Assembly (NCBI GenBank): GCA_965113315.1
Contig: OZ220369.1
Strand: one strand, 5' to 3'
From: Podarcis vaucheri
Taxonomy: Eukaryota
Length of the DNA: 64,000 nucleotides
Position numbers and translations under genes: made by a program. Every line of letters starts with the position of its first letter. The first letter of the stretch is position 1. The notes under the pieces were generated by a model. The model saw only the letters and a program-made list of their open reading frames with translations, searched no databases and was not told the DNA's origin. Positions 45,278 through 59,669 of the stretch are shown here, in pieces.

Positions 45278-45799
45278 TCTAACTCAGCACTGCTTGCAGT
45301 GACAGCAGCCCTCCAGGATTTCAGAAAGTGACCCTATCCTAGCCCTACAAGGAAATGATGGGCCTCGAACCTAGAACCATCTGCATGTACAGCAGCTGCC
45401 ACTACTGAGTTTTGGCCTTATCTTCTATCCCGAGAGGGCTATCTAAGAGGGTATTAGCCAAATGGTGGTGGTGGTTATAATAAAATTAATATTTAAACAA
45501 ATAAAAGCAAACAAACAATCTAATGATTTATTGATTTGGAAGTTGAAACCCTGTAATAAATGTGCAGCCCATTTTGGGCCCATTATCCAAGATATTAAAT
45601 AGCCTTCTTTCCTAAGAGTGATGGCTGCAGCTCCAAGATTTGGAGTCCCCATATTTCTGTGGTTTGCACAGTCCCAGAGCTGCCTCTTTCACCCCTCACC
45701 ATACATAGGTAAAATAATGTTCCAAGTGTCCGGAAGCAAAGTGGCTGAGAAACTAGACAGTGAATGAAAACCCAAATTCAGTGACGATACTCACTGGTG

Positions 45800-46230
45800 T
45801 AGGAGACAAGTCCTATGAGAAAAAGTTGGAGGAGTTTGGTTTGTTTATCTGGAGAAGAGGAAACGGAGAGGGGAACTTGAGAGCAGTCTTCAAATACCTG
45901 AAGGACAGTCAAACTGAAAAGAGCAAACCTTGTTCTCTGTTGCCGAAGAAGGAAGGTCTAGATTTAGGTACACTTTGGTAGAACATTAGGGTGGTAATTA
46001 AGCCCAGTTTTGCTCAGTGAAATTAAAGCATAATAACTAAGAGGAGTCCATTCATTTCAGTGGGTCAGCGCTGAGTAAACCTTAGCTGAAGACCACCCCT
46101 AAGAGAGCCTGATTGACTGTGACAACAGTCTGACACTATAACAATTTAACTAACCATAGGTTTAAGAAGGTCTGGAGATGATCAGTGTCTGGATGGGTAA
46201 AATTCATGGGAACCAGATGGGAGGCTGCCT
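45800..46230 (+). mobile_element. Degenerate CR1 LINE RT C-terminal fragment
   Basis: Encodes SYEKKLEEFGLF..RR..GNLRAVFKYLKD, resembling the CR1 [30 protein letters not shown] motif. Confidence 0.65.
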
Positions 46231-46330
46231 TGGGTTATGGTCTCCCCTCTCCTTGTTTTTCTACTATATTTTGTTTTATGTTGTAAACCAACCTGTGGTC
46301 TCTTGTTGAAGGACAATATATAAATATGGT

Positions 46331-46331
<1 letters not shown>

Positions 46332-46363
<32 letters not shown>
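46332..46363. repeat. (TAA)n microsatellite
   Basis: Read directly from the sequence. Confidence 0.9.
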
Positions 46364-46364
<1 letters not shown>

Positions 46365-47656
46365 GGCAATGAAAAGGTGGGACATAAATATAAGAAGGGA
46401 ATGTGCTTTCCCTCACTGGACAGTTATCCATTGAGGCGGCTTTGTATTGTGTGCATTGAGCAACAGAGTGTACTAGATTCTATGTATGATCCTATTATCA
46501 AACGTCACTTTTGCTAGAGGTCTGCTGGGTGGCTTCAGACCCAGAGCTGTTCTCTCTGCCTCAGTCACTGAATATCATGTCATATTAACCCCCCCACACA
46601 CACACACACAGGATTGTGACAAATAGTAGCGAGACAACAGGTGTGAAGAATTCTGCTCTTAAGGAGTAGGGTCAAGCTCCTTCCAAATTAGACAGCATTA
46701 TTGCAGTTTTGAAATCTCCACTTTGCTTCTTTTTTCTGAACTATGTAGATAAGCAATTTCCACACTTGAAGGGAGGGAAAAGAGAAGTACGTTTAGGATT
46801 AATGAACTTGCTACACAGAGAGCAGAAAGGGGATGGGGGGAGGAGAATCCTTATACACCGCTAATTTAATTAAAGAATTATCTTCTCAAAATACATCTAA
46901 ATGGCCCCAAACTAATACAGACCCAACCGATCGCTTTCATCAAAATTGCAAGTTGCTCCAGATTCGAGCTGAGAATTCAACAACGCACAAAGCCAAAAAG
47001 AAATAAGTATTTCTAGGGCATTTTTTCAGCCAGAACTCACAGGAACTCAGTTCTAGCACCTCTCAGGTGGGCGCCATTGCCATTGTAAGAGAACAAGGGA
47101 GGTGTTCATAGGGAGTTCCAGCACCTCTTTTTTCTAGAAAAACAACACTGAGCACTTCCTTCACAAAGCCAACCAATGAGACCCAACCAATGTTTTTTCT
47201 ACCTTGGAAACAAGTCAAGGAGTCCAAAAACAATTTCCTAGCCATACTGCATAGTCACAGAGACCACCACATTCAAATTTAGTGATCACCATGACATTCC
47301 ACCTCCCTTGGAAATAAAAGCCCATTCTGAAAGTGCGAAAACAAATTTCTCTAATGAATTCTCTTTAGTGACTTATGAAGTGTAATAACATGTCTCTGGG
47401 GACTTATCTTCGCTCTCTCTCTCACACACACACAAAACCTGAACAGTGCTCCAAGTACCCCCCGATGACTACAGAGAAGATCTCAACTTCAATAATCCTA
47501 AAGGTCAGGGGCAATATTAAATAAAACAGATGTTCTTGCTATTTGACATACTTAAAGGAGTTGGCTAAATTCATTTTAACTCCAATTGCTCCCAATAGTT
47601 ATTTTTTTTAAAAGGGTTTAATTATTTTTAGATGCAAAAAAGAAGCCCATCACCTG

Positions 47657-47658
<2 letters not shown>

Positions 47659-47697
<39 letters not shown>
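47659..47697. repeat. (GT)n microsatellite
   Basis: Read directly from the sequence. Confidence 0.92.
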
Positions 47698-47699
<2 letters not shown>

Positions 47700-48233
47700 C
47701 TCTTCGTTCTAAGAAGACAGCTTCTGTTTTATTTAGCAGCCAATTATCTGAACACCAGGTGTAGGAAATGGCTGTGTTTACATTGGGTGAACACCAGGAA
47801 ATGAGACTGTGGGGGGAAAGCGGCAGGCGAGAGGTCCAAGGTGCAGCAGCATTACTGGTAAGAGGTTTGCATAATTAAGAATCCAGGCAATTAGGTCACA
47901 GGGATGGATACAAATAAATTCACACCAATTTTTACAGCTCCTGTCAACACACCACTACTGCATCCTGTCCCTTCCATAATGTTCTCCTTTAAATGAATAA
48001 AAAAAATATGGGAAAAAAAATATGTATCTCCTCATTCACATGGGGACAGGGACAAAAGCAAGCAGAATTATAATCCACCACCATAAGCGCGCACACACCC
48101 TGCCTTGTCTCCTGAACATCTTGTCAATGGAAGTAGGGGAGAGTAGGGAGCTTTTTAAAGCTAAATTGCTTTAAAGCCAGGTTATAACACAGCCATAGGA
48201 CGGGAAGATAGTAAGGCAAAGCAAAGGCAACTA

Positions 48234-48785
48234 CCGTATTTTTCGCCCTATAGGACGCACTTTTTCCCCTCCAAAAATGAAGGGGAAATCTGTGTGCGTC
48301 CTATGGGGCGAATACAGGCTTTCGCTGAAGCTTGGAGAGCTCTCCAGGCTTCAGGAAGCTATCAGCAAGCCTGGGGAGCCCGCGGGAGTTCTCGCAGGGC
48401 TTCCTAGGCTGCGGATAGCAGCCTGCCGTCCGGTGCATGGGGCGCCCTGAAGCAGAGCGCCCCACATGGCGGGCAGACATCTGCAGCCTGGGGAGCCCTG
48501 CGGGAGTTCCCGCAGGGCTCCCTAGGCTGCGGATAGCAGCCTGCTGCACGGAGTGCGGGGCGCCCTGAAACAGAGTGCCCCACGCTTCGGGCAGACATCG
48601 GCCAGCCCCACAAGCTCGGGGGACAGCGTTGAGGCGCAGCGCCGCCATCCCGCTGTTCCCCGACCTGGTTTGATTTCCCCGACCTGGTTTTTTGGGGGAA
48701 ATAAAGGGGGGGATTCCTTTATTTCCCCCCAAAAAAACTAGGTGCATCCTATGGGACGGAGCGTCCTATGGGACGAAAAATACGG
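48234..48785. mobile_element. Tc2/pogo-type non-autonomous DNA transposon
   Basis: TA|CCGTATTTTTCGCCCTATAGGACGC ... GCGTCCTATGGGACGAAAAATACGG|TA, with a GC-rich internal ~117-bp duplication (48369 and 48486). Confidence 0.88.
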
Positions 48786-49638
48786 TATATGGCTGGCATT
48801 AAAGGAAAGCACCACTGTGTCTTACGGTAAACAAGAGGCTTACAAGGACCTGTCCAACGCTGCAGAAACTGAGACTTAGGCTTGGGATCGGATGGGTGGA
48901 AGGCCAGCAAAAGCAATTAATGTGTGTTGAGCGAAGAAGAGGGGAAATCTGGCTCCTGAGCATTGGGAACAATCGATCCCTCTCAAGAACTATGAGGACT
49001 ACTAGTTTGTGCATATATATTAAAAAGAGACCATGATTTTTATTACAGGGTTGGTTTCTGTATTATAGCACCTAGGTACACTTCAGATCTAAAATTTTCT
49101 GCCACTTTTCTGCCAAGACAATCAAAGTTTTTTTTAAAAAAGCCTCAAAACAGAATTCCAAAAGCCTCTTTGCACATGGAACCACAAACAACGCAGAATG
49201 CTACACAATTCTTAGGAAGGGATTTAGAAGGAGAGTGCTAAAATAAATGACTGTCGCTCAATGTCATACCAGGCTGACTACACCAGACTTACTACTGGAG
49301 CCAGGAAATATATTAAATTAAACCTGCAGCCACCATTAAGAGCGTAATCTGTTTAAAAGACTATTGTGGTAAACCACTACAGTGGACTAACTACTGGACA
49401 TTGATGATGTTTGCATTTGCCGTCGGGGGGGGGGGGGGATCCAAAGGCATGTATCAAGCTGCCTGATGTTGATCCATGTAGTCTGCTCTCGCAGAATGTA
49501 GCTCTGAAAAGTATATTTCTGTAAAAAAACGGATTTTTAAAAAGAGGCAGGAGGGAAGGAGTCTCCCTGTCCTAATATGCAACAGTGCAAAGATAATCTA
49601 CAGAGGACACTCTCTGAGCATCTGCTAAACACAGCAGT

Positions 49639-49833
49639 TAGAACATAGGATGCTGTCTGGTATCAAATTCGGCTAAGGGTCCATCTAGCCCAGTATGGTC
49701 AACATGGGCTAGCAGCTGCTCTCTCAGGTTTCAGGCAGGGGCATTCTTAGTCCTACCTGAGGATGCCAGGGATCAAACCTGGGATTTTCTGTGTGCAAAG
49801 CAGGTGCTACATCACTGAGTTACAACCCTTCCC
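49639..49833 (-). mobile_element. tRNA-derived SINE (Squam3-like)
   Basis: Reverse complement of the same head and body as the 26879 and 43603 copies. Confidence 0.65.
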
Positions 49834-49894
49834 CAAGGAAGAGGACTGAGCAAGTAGCCAAAGGGCAAGGAGCCACAAGTCATTCCCAATACTG

Positions 49895-50108
49895 TGTTAC
49901 TTTGGGTTACATGTGCTTCAGGTTACATACGCTTCAGGTTACAGACTCCGCTAACCCAGAAATAGTACCTCAGGTTAAGAACTTTGCTTCAGGATGAGAA
50001 CAGAAATTGTGCTCCAGCGGCGCAGCAGCAGGAGGAGGCCCCATCAGCTAAAGTGGTGCTTCAGGTTAAGAACAGTTTCAGGTTAAGAATGGACCCGAGG
50101 TACCACTG
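49895..50108. mobile_element. Tc1/mariner-pogo MITE (left end degraded)
   Basis: Repeated TCAGGTTA motifs; right TIR GAGGTACCACTG|TA. Confidence 0.6.
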
Positions 50109-53100
50109 TACTGGGTGGTGCAAAATCCCACGTGTGGGACTGCAGAGAATACAGGAAGAAGATATTTAGTTGTTGTTTGGAGAAAGGATCTTGCTTTGCA
50201 GCCTCCCACTAGCACCTCCTTGGGTCAGGATATAAAATATACTATGCTTCCTTGCTGCATAACTTTGGGAGGTTATAAATAGCAGGAGTCCATTCATCCT
50301 CACCTGTCCTTAGCTGCAAAGGCACAAAAATAAAATGATCTATGGACAGCAAACAGGGAGGGTTGGTGAGGTGAGATAAAAGCTGGTCGTGTGGGTTGGA
50401 GAGAGAAAAAGCTAGAGGGAACTGTCAGCTCTCCCAAGCCTTGCAAATAAATCTACAAAAGCTACTAGCCTGGAGGGAAGTACCTACCACCCCATCTCGC
50501 AGGCTACCGTTACTCACCCCAGGTGAGCTGAGTCGCTATTTACCCGCCTGCCATTCGTAATTTAAAGTTGCCATTTGCAGAACAGGAGCACAGCTGTGGA
50601 TATAGATGGGGACCCTCTAGCCCCAACCCTCTGTGAGGTTCTGCCCTATTTGCCTGCCACTGGTTAGCCCCACACATGGCAGTGTCCCAAACATATGCCA
50701 CTTACAGTGCTCAGTTAACGTGTGGCCCCTTGGTTTCCCCCGATCTCTTTGGTACAAGCAACCCAGATTGTGCTTAGCGTTCCTACAGACATGGGAGGGG
50801 AAGGGAGAACAGAGAAGGTCTCTTCCGTACCCATCTGCTGAGGGGGAGGCACAAATCTGTCTGTTTCCCAACCAAAACGGAAGAGGGAGGGGGGCCCTGA
50901 TGGGAGAAGCATATCTGTAAATCAGCGACAGTATAAGGAATAAAAGGTTGCTCCCTCTCTCTCTCCACAATCTTTTCCCCACCCCTCTGTTTTAATAACG
51001 GTATGAAAAGGCTAAATGCCATCTTGGCAGAAGCAGATCAAAGATCGGCAAGGAGGGGGGGAATTATCCAAAAGGGATTCATAATGCAAGCTGGAATAAT
51101 TTTAATACAAAACGCCCAGCAAATCTCACTCGCCCTCCTCCTCCCCGCACGCCCCCACTGACAAATCGCCAGCTGAGGTAAATCCCAGATAATGAAACAT
51201 TGTAAAGAAAGGCTCTATTTAATAATTTAGCCCCTGTCAAGGAGTTGGTATTGATTCTTGTTTCCAGCGCGGGGAGAAAATGTTATCTGCAGCCTTACAG
51301 CTCAATGACAGCATCGGCGAATTTAATCACCGCGCAAGCCCCTGCCACACTGTTCTTAAAACTGTCGCCTCTGATTCTTTGTCATCCTGCACCCAGATCC
51401 CTGCCCACTGATCCCTGCCACCTTCTCACAACCTATTTGTCCCTGCAATAAAAAGATTTCCAGCGACTCACATTAAAAGCGAGCTGTCGATTCTCATTTG
51501 CAGGCAAAGCAGCTTTTTTTAAAAAAATTAACATTGCTACACATAGCCTCAACCCAATCTGCCTCTTGCATTAATGAAGTGAGCTTGGTGGCTTAATAGT
51601 CAACTTAGCCTCGATACAGAGGGTGATTATTATACCAGTCCTAGGACATCTGCTCCAAGGAACTGTGCTCTTCTTCTTTTTTTTCCACGGAGGGGAGTGG
51701 GAAAGGAAATGAATCCAAGGGGGAAAATGTCTTAAAGGGGAAAGGGGGAGATATGGGGAGAAATAATTGCTGCCTATATTAATCAGCAATTTTTCCCCTG
51801 TACCAAAAACCGGAAAAGGTCAAGCATAGTCCCACAACTGGCAAGAGGAAAATTAGCCCTGAATTAATTTAAAGCTGCAGCTTTGTGGGGGAAACACAGA
51901 GCCAATTCATTCACAGGGAGAACGAGAAACGAGACCATTAAAACACATAGGTGTTTGTGGCTGGTGCTGGGCCTCAGCACCCCCCAGGGAAATTTGCATT
52001 CAAAAGCATTATCCTGGCGTAATAAAGAATCTTAGCCCTCTTATTATTGGGCTCCGAAAAAAGGAAACTCTGTGAGGGCATTATTCCCTGTGTCTCGCTC
52101 CCTTTCCAGGTGAGAGAAGCAATTCTTCCCTTCCCTTTATAACCCTTTGGATCACATTAAAACGATCCCGCCGGCCCTCACAGCCAAGGTCATCATACAC
52201 AGATTTTCTATTACAGGGCACTGGAGGCATTTCACAACTGTCTTTTTATGCACTTCTCTCTTTCCATCCACAGACTATAAATTGTTACAAGGCCCTGGGG
52301 CAATCCCGCTCTATGCTCCATTCAAATCAGCCTTCTAGGAGGGAAGAAAATCATCACAGACAAGATGCTTCAATCAAGTAAACACACAAGCAACAAAGGG
52401 CAACCGCACCGCCTCTAATAACCAGCCCCGTTTTATGCGGCAAACCCGCCATTTTTCAGGTCCTTGGACATGCCAGAGTGTTTCATTCTGGATGCAAAGC
52501 ACAGCAGCCCTCGTTTGCATTTTAGAAAAATAGCAGAATATAACCAAATATAAAAACAAGCTAAAATAAAAATTGTGCCATTAAAATTCTTTGACTAGAT
52601 ATGCACTGGTTTCATTTGATTTTATGTTTAGAGTCAGGCTCTCATAAAAATGACAAAACTGTGACAAGGCTAGGGTGTTGTGAATTCATTTGCCCCCAAA
52701 GAGCTTTTAATAATTTCTAACATAGAAGAAATAACGTCGCAGTCTCATCTGGATTTGTGGGGGGGGGGGTTGGGGGGGATGCATGTTCTATCTTTTTTGT
52801 TAATCCAAATGGCCAAACCTCTCCACAGCACAGGTGCTGCACTGCATAGATGGAACTGTCTCCAGACCCCAGCTCTGGCACAGGACAGGACAGAATTGGC
52901 GTATAACACGTGCATTTTATACTAGGGTTTGTAGCCCACTTCTCCTTTTCAATTTGAGATGCTGAAATGTGAAAGCCTCCGCTTGTTCCTAGCCATCACA
53001 GTTATCAAAAAGCACTTGAAAGGAATCAAATCATGTGGTGCCAGACAGCTCTGTGCTTTAAAAAAGACACAGCCATAAGATGCTCGGGGGTGACTCCTTC

Positions 53101-53521
53101 ACTCATGGGAGGTGTCAGAGAGTTAAGGTACTTCACCAAAGGCAAGAAAGCTGAAATTTGGGGAACATCTCACCCAAGGCATCCTATTTATGAGAGTGAT
53201 TTGGAAGGGAACATCCAAGTCAGAAATGGGGAGCCTGTGGCAATGCCAGATTAAACCCCATGTAATTTTCTTTCAAGATCAAATCAATATTATTTTGATC
53301 CATTGTCGCGGGGGCCCTAAAAGGCCCCATAGCCCAGTACCTACTCTGCCTATTTGATAATTCGGCACTGGCCTTTGGCCATCCAGATGTTGTAAGCCCC
53401 CTGACTAATGGTGATGCTGGATGGGGCTTGTGGAAGCTGGGGGCCAACCACATTTGAAAGACCACAAGTTCCCCATTCCTAGATTTAAGTCAAAGCTCAA
53501 GACATGAGTTTTACTCCAATA

Positions 53522-53875
53522 GAGGTTAAAAAGGTAAAGGGACCCCTGACCATTAGGTCCAGTCGTGGCCGACTCTGGGGTTGCGGCGCTCATCTCGCTT
53601 TATTGGCAGAGGGAGCTGGCGTACAGCTTCCGGGTCATGTGGCCAGCATGACTAAGCTGCTTCTGGCAAATCAGAGCAGCGCACGGAAACACCGTTTACC
53701 TTGCCGCCGGAGCAGTACCTATTTATCTACTTGCACTTGACGTGCTTTTGAACAGCTAGGTTGGCAGGAGCAGGGACCAAGCAATGGGAGCTCACCCCGT
53801 CGCGGGGATTCGAAACACTGACCTTCTGATCGGCAAGCCCTAGGCTCTGTGGTTTAACCCACAGCGCCACCCGCG
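53522..53875 (-). mobile_element. Sauria SINE (lacertid-type)
   Basis: tRNA-like head (GTGGCGCTGTGGGTTAAACC..TTCGAATCCC on the minus strand), central CTGGCCACATGACCCGGAAG block, BovB-like 3' end with ACCTTT tail. Confidence 0.88.
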
Positions 53876-56838
53876 TTAGCACAGAGCAAATCCAGCAGAA
53901 TGAGAGACATCCAATATTTGGGCTTTGGAAGCTGCCGTCCAGTCACAAAACTTGAAATCAAGCTTGACTTGAGGAATAATTCCCCACAATAGCCGGTAGT
54001 TGGACATGGTTGGTTGATTGGTTGGTCATTCATTCAGGATTTATACCCAGCTTTTCACTTAGCTTGACAAAACAGTGTACAACATCATTTATAGAGCTTA
54101 TGACACTCTGGCAAAAGTGTCAGGCTCAGTAATAAAAAGGATCAGCATTAGTTGTGTGGACACTAGACCAAATGTCATCCTGCAACTCAACTGTCAGAAT
54201 GAATGCACAGGAGATGAACACAGAAGCACCAGCAGCTTCAGAAAGAGCACCAGATGTATGTCTATTCCTTTCAGACAGAGGAAGCCCACTGTTGGCTTAA
54301 CTAGCAAAAGGTTGCCTTGTGTGTACCAGCCCTGTAGCCAGCAAACTAAATCTTGATGCACGCACACTCTTCCTTACAAGTTCCACCAAAAGCAAACACA
54401 CCTCAACCTGCTCCAGAGCTGAAGCTCCCCTCTTAGCACAAGCTCTTTCCTCTCTGCTCTGGGCCCTGAAATCAAGTTAGAAACACCATGTTTATATCAA
54501 CTCTGCGTTACCGTAATCGTGTTTCCTGTTGCCCACAAATTGAATATGCCTTCAGTTCACTGCAGGATTAAGTTAAAAGGAGCAGATGGCGGTGCAGGAA
54601 GCTGCTCTTAAAGCAAATATCCTCTGTAATATTCCCTTACAGTGAGAGCTTCTCGGAAAGGCAAACCGCTAACAAAGGGGAAATGGGAGATATTCAGTCG
54701 CTGGTGCGCACGCTGCACTTGAGGTAAGAAAAGTAAGAGAGAGAAAAGAAAGACTCAGTGCTGGTAGGCTTTATTACTCTCTTTTTTTCTTTTTCTTTTC
54801 GATGCACAGACTACTACTCACTGTGGAGGGAGCCAACATTTCTATCAGCTCAGTTGTTGATACACAAGGATAAATTGCCTTCTCTCTGCTCCCTGCCTAC
54901 CTTCAGTACTCCAGGTGCCAGACCCAATTTATGAGATGATAGTGATGACTTAGGCACCTGGATTTCTGCACTACTGTGCATAATTCAATGCTACTCATTT
55001 AAGCAAATCTTTTATATTCTCATTTTCCCTTCCAATGCACTGATCTTCAACTTGTGGTTCAGCACCCACTACTAGTTCATGGCCTGTTCCACAGTGGGTT
55101 GAAACTATAGCTCTACCATCATCAAAATGTGTGGTTAAAAAAAGAAAGAATTGGGTTGCCAATGCATGTTTGGGTCTCGGATATGAAAAGGCTACTACTC
55201 CCAACAAGAATTGCTGGAAGTGGTGGGGGGGGGGGGAATAGAAAAAAACAAATAACAGAAAATAGAAAGAATAATCCATCAGTAAAATAAATCACCAAAA
55301 AATAGCCAAGACTAAAAGCTGCAGCAAAGGACAAAGTACAAGCAGAGCCAACAATAAATTAAATTATGCAACAACAGAATCAAATGCTTGTTTAAAAAGA
55401 AGTGTAAAGGGTGGTTTTTGTATCTCTAAATAATATGAACAGCCTAAGCGTTTAAGAAGAGCCCTGCTGGACCATCAATTTCTGCACACTGCTCCAACCG
55501 CGACCAATCTGAGACCTCTGGAAACCCTCAAGCCAGGCTGTGAAAGCGACAGCCCTCTCCTGCAATTGACATGAAGTAATATTCTGTCTCTGAAACAGGA
55601 GTTGCATATAGCCATCATAGCTAATAGCCATTGATAGACTGATCCTCCATGAATTTGTCTAATCCTCTTTTAAAGCCATCTAATGCTATGGCAGCGAGTC
55701 CCATAAATTAATTACATGCTGCGTGAAGAGGTCCTTCCTTTTGTCTGTCACAAATCCACCCTGCTAGTCAGCTTCTCTGGATGACTCTCAAACTCTATTA
55801 TTATGGGAAACGGGGAGAGAGGAAGAAACTTTCAAAGTAAACTGGCTGTCAGTGAAAACAGAACAGGTAACGCCCAGGAAGGGAGTTGTAAATCAGAAGT
55901 AGCTGTGGACATTAATGGGCTGCTGTGAGCTTTTCTCCACCATGTCTGCTGTTATGTGTAGGGCATGGCCACATTCACCTTGTATTTCTTGAGCCTATTT
56001 TCATCCTTTCTTCCCTCTCTGCCCTGGTAGTTCCCTCAGCCATACTAGGCTGTATCCAATGTTAGCCCTAACCCATTGAAATCAAGTCTACTCTTAGGGT
56101 ATCATAGCAGGATACAACCCACTGCACTTACAGGCCCAATTCAGACTTCATGTTGATGTCCTCACCCTTGCAATAATTGCTTCCTGAAAGGAAGCGGGTG
56201 GGAAGAAAGCCTAGATGCACCAGCGAGGGGACAAATCCTCTCCTCTTCTCACTGACACGCTCAGGTAACAAACCCTGCAAAGCTGGCTAGCTTCTAATTC
56301 AGGGCTGGGAAGCCAGTGGCACTCCAGGTTGGCACAGCACCGTGTAACCTTTAGACACCAACTCCCATCAGCCTGCATGGCCAACAGTAAGAACTTAAGA
56401 AGAGCCTTGATAAGGCAATGGCACATCATGGTCCAGCATCCTGTTCTCACAGCGGCCAACTGGGAAGCCTGCAAGCAGGACCTGAGTTCAACAGCCCTCT
56501 CCCTACTTGGGATTCCCAGCAACTGGCATTCAAAGGCACAATGAGTAGTCTAGACCATCAACATCTGGTGGGCAACAGATCTGCACAACAGGCAAGACCA
56601 TGTAAAGTGGTAGCCCTTAGTCCTCAACAGTGTTTCCACTGCTTTACTCTTTCAATTCACTAACTAGCAAAAGGGAAAAGACCCACCACTGGCTACGAGG
56701 CAATCTAATTAGCATCCATGCTGCAGAAGCTAATCAGCCTGAAAACTCAACCGGACATGCCAGTTCCCACTTTATTTTCTGTGCTACACACACACTGCCT
56801 GATTTACAGTGAAGTAAAACTCAAAGGCTTGCTAAATA

Positions 56839-57155
56839 CAGTGGTGCCCCGCAAGACGAATGCCTCGCAAGACGGAAAACCCGCTAGACGAAAGGGTTTT
56901 CCGTTTTTGAGTTGCTTTGCAAGACGAATTTCCCTATGGGCTTGCTTCGCAAGACGAAAATGTCTTGCGAGTGTTCCGATTTTTTTCCGCTCCCCCCCTT
57001 TTTCTAAGCCGCTAAGCCGCTAATAGCCTTTTAGCCGCTAATCCGCTAAACCGCTAATAGCGCTAATCCACTAATAGGGTTGCTTCGCAAGACGAAAAAC
57101 CGCTAGACGAAGAGACTCGCGGAACGGATTATTTTCGTCTTGCGAGGCACCACTG
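56839..57155. mobile_element. Tc1/mariner-pogo (Tigger-like) MITE, same family as 3537-3825
   Basis: TA|CAGTGGTGCCCCGCAAGACGAA ... TTCGTCTTGCGAGGCACCACTG|TA. Confidence 0.88.
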
Positions 57156-59295
57156 TATTTAGGCTATGAGCCAATCTCTTTCCATTTCAATAAGATTATC
57201 AGCTCACCAGCTCAACATTTTCGCGAACCCCATCGTGGTTCGGAGGCAACTAAAGCTCTGAATGATGGGTGCCTAAAGTACTGCATTCTACCACAGTGTC
57301 CTGTACACTGATTTCATCATCTGACACTCCACTCAGGATCTCCCCACCATCTGAAGTTAGGTGGGTGGGGACCAGAGAAGGGTCCTTTTCAGTAGCAGCC
57401 CCTTGTTTCGGAATGCTTTTCCCAGGGGTACTTGGCTCTCCCAAAGCTCAAAGAGGACATCTGTGAAGGCAGAGGAAGCTCCAAAGGACCTGAGGCATAG
57501 TGGGGCTTTGTTTTCGCTGCTCAGCCTCCCCGTCTAAAGGCTGGTGTGTAGGGCAGCACAGCAGCAGCAGCTTTCTCGCAGGTCCTTCAGCCTCTAGCTG
57601 GCCCCAAAGCTTCAACCTTTAGATATTTGGGTCTGGGATGAGGAAAGAGTGGGAGAGAGTGGTGGAGAACAGGAAAAGAAGGGCATTTGAAGGCTTTTTA
57701 GAGGGTGTTCCCAACAATTTCAGCTACAAGTGAGGGGACTGGAATGTAACCCCCATGTAAGTGAGGGGACGTCTGTAACTCAAGTACCAGAAAACAAAGA
57801 CTGCTGTTAAAAATTTGCTCAGGCTTTTAAACAGGCAGTATCAATTTACTGTATGATGTTTTACCTGCTTTATGGTAGTTATACGCTGAATTTCCCCACA
57901 GTCACTCTACACTGTTGTTTTGTATTTTAAGTTATTGTCTCGTGCAGCTTAGCTGAAGGGGGGTGGGCACTCAAAAGCTTTTATATAAACAAACAAACAA
58001 TCTGCTCCTATCATGTGGATGCACCTGAAATACCAATTTCTGAACAATGTGGATATGGGCAGATTTTCCCAAAATGGAAGACAGAGGTATAGGGCAAAGA
58101 AGAAAAAGGCCAGTGCCGCCACCACAGAAGAATAGCAGTAACAGACCACCCCCAAAATATAAACAAATGAGCCAATGAATGACGCTGGCGGAGGGGAGAT
58201 TGTCTTTATATTGCAAACAGCAGAGCAGCTAAAGCACTAACGGCAAGGCATGACAGCTAGCAAACATCCAAGAGATCAGCTTCTTGGTAATTAGTCAAGA
58301 TAAAAGAACTGAAGCTTTTCAGGAGTTAAGCAAATCATGGAGCTCTGCCCACACACCCCCAAAAACGAAACAAGCTTTTAAATCCATAACATGCAAAAAC
58401 AGAGAAGGCATTTGCCTTTTATGGGCTTCCTGGAGGCAGCAGGGTGGCTGATGCAGGATAAAAGAGGATAGGCCAGATCAGTGATGGGGAAACCTCTGGC
58501 CCACTGGCTTAATTGCTTATTTTTATCTATTTATTAAATTTATATCCCGCCCTTCCTCCCAAAGGGATGAAACATTGAAAACAATTATAATACAGATGCA
58601 GATTGGGAAACATCTCGACTTAAAAGTCTTGTTGGAAGAGGAATGACTTCAGTAGGAGCTAACAAGGCAAGAGAAATGTTGAATAATAAAGGAGAGGAAA
58701 TTCTAAATAACAGGGGCCACCACACTAAAGGCTTGATTCCTATGTTGTGCAGAACAACCCTCCCGGTAAGATGGTATCTTCAAGAAGCCCTCACCTGCAG
58801 AATGCAGTGATCAACTGAGTATATAAGGAGTGAGAAGATCTTTCCAGTATCCTGGTCCCAAGCTGCATAAGGATTTATGCATCCAAACCTGCAGCATGAA
58901 GTTAGCCTGGCAGCTAATTAATCCCACCAGGCCTCCATCTTTGGCTTGCAATGCTATTTTGACCAAGCCATGTCTACCCACCTTACATGAGATGCCATAT
59001 ATGGTATCAGTTGTGGGGCAGGAAAGACACGACTGGGTCAAAAGGGGATTTGCAAGCAGACCCTATGAAGCATTTGAAAAGCACAGGGCTGTGCCTTTAC
59101 TCACATGCTTTGATTGCAAACCTTGCAGGCAAAACTGGGTCACCCAGCATTGAGAGGTGGGCTGTCCTGACCGCCTATCACTTCCGCACCCCTGGGTTAG
59201 ATGAATCTTTGATCTGATTCAGCAGCGCTAGTCCTTATTTAATTTTTTTAACAAACAGTTGTGACACTACCATGATCATTAACCATGCTGTAGAG

Positions 59296-59669
59296 CAGGG
59301 GTCAGCAAACTTACCTCGCCTCAGGCCGGTGTCTCCAGCGCTCATCGCGCAGCGGGCTGGAGGGTGGGGGAACGTGTGCCCACATGCGTGCGCACACGCT
59401 ATTTCCGGTGCACTTCCAGGTTGGAGGAGCACCGGAAATAGCTTGCGCGCATGTGCACGGGCCTCCTCTGACCCGGATGTGCACCAGAAATGCTGCTTGC
59501 GCGTGCACAAACAACGCATGCGCACAAGCTATTTCCGGTGCTCCTCCAACCCAGAAATGGGCAGCTGCACAGTGCAGTGCCGGTAAGAGCGGGCGGCCAC
59601 CGCCGCAGGCCAGATAAATGAGTCCCTCGGGCCTTATCCAGCCCGCGGGCCTCAGTTTGGGGACCCCTG
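59296..59669. mobile_element. Non-autonomous hAT (Charlie/OposCharlie1-like) element
   Basis: TIRs CAGGGGTCAGCAAACT / AGTTTGGGGACCCCTG, 8-bp TSD ctgtagag/ctgcagtg, internal GCTATTTCCGGTGC inverted repeats. Confidence 0.8.
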
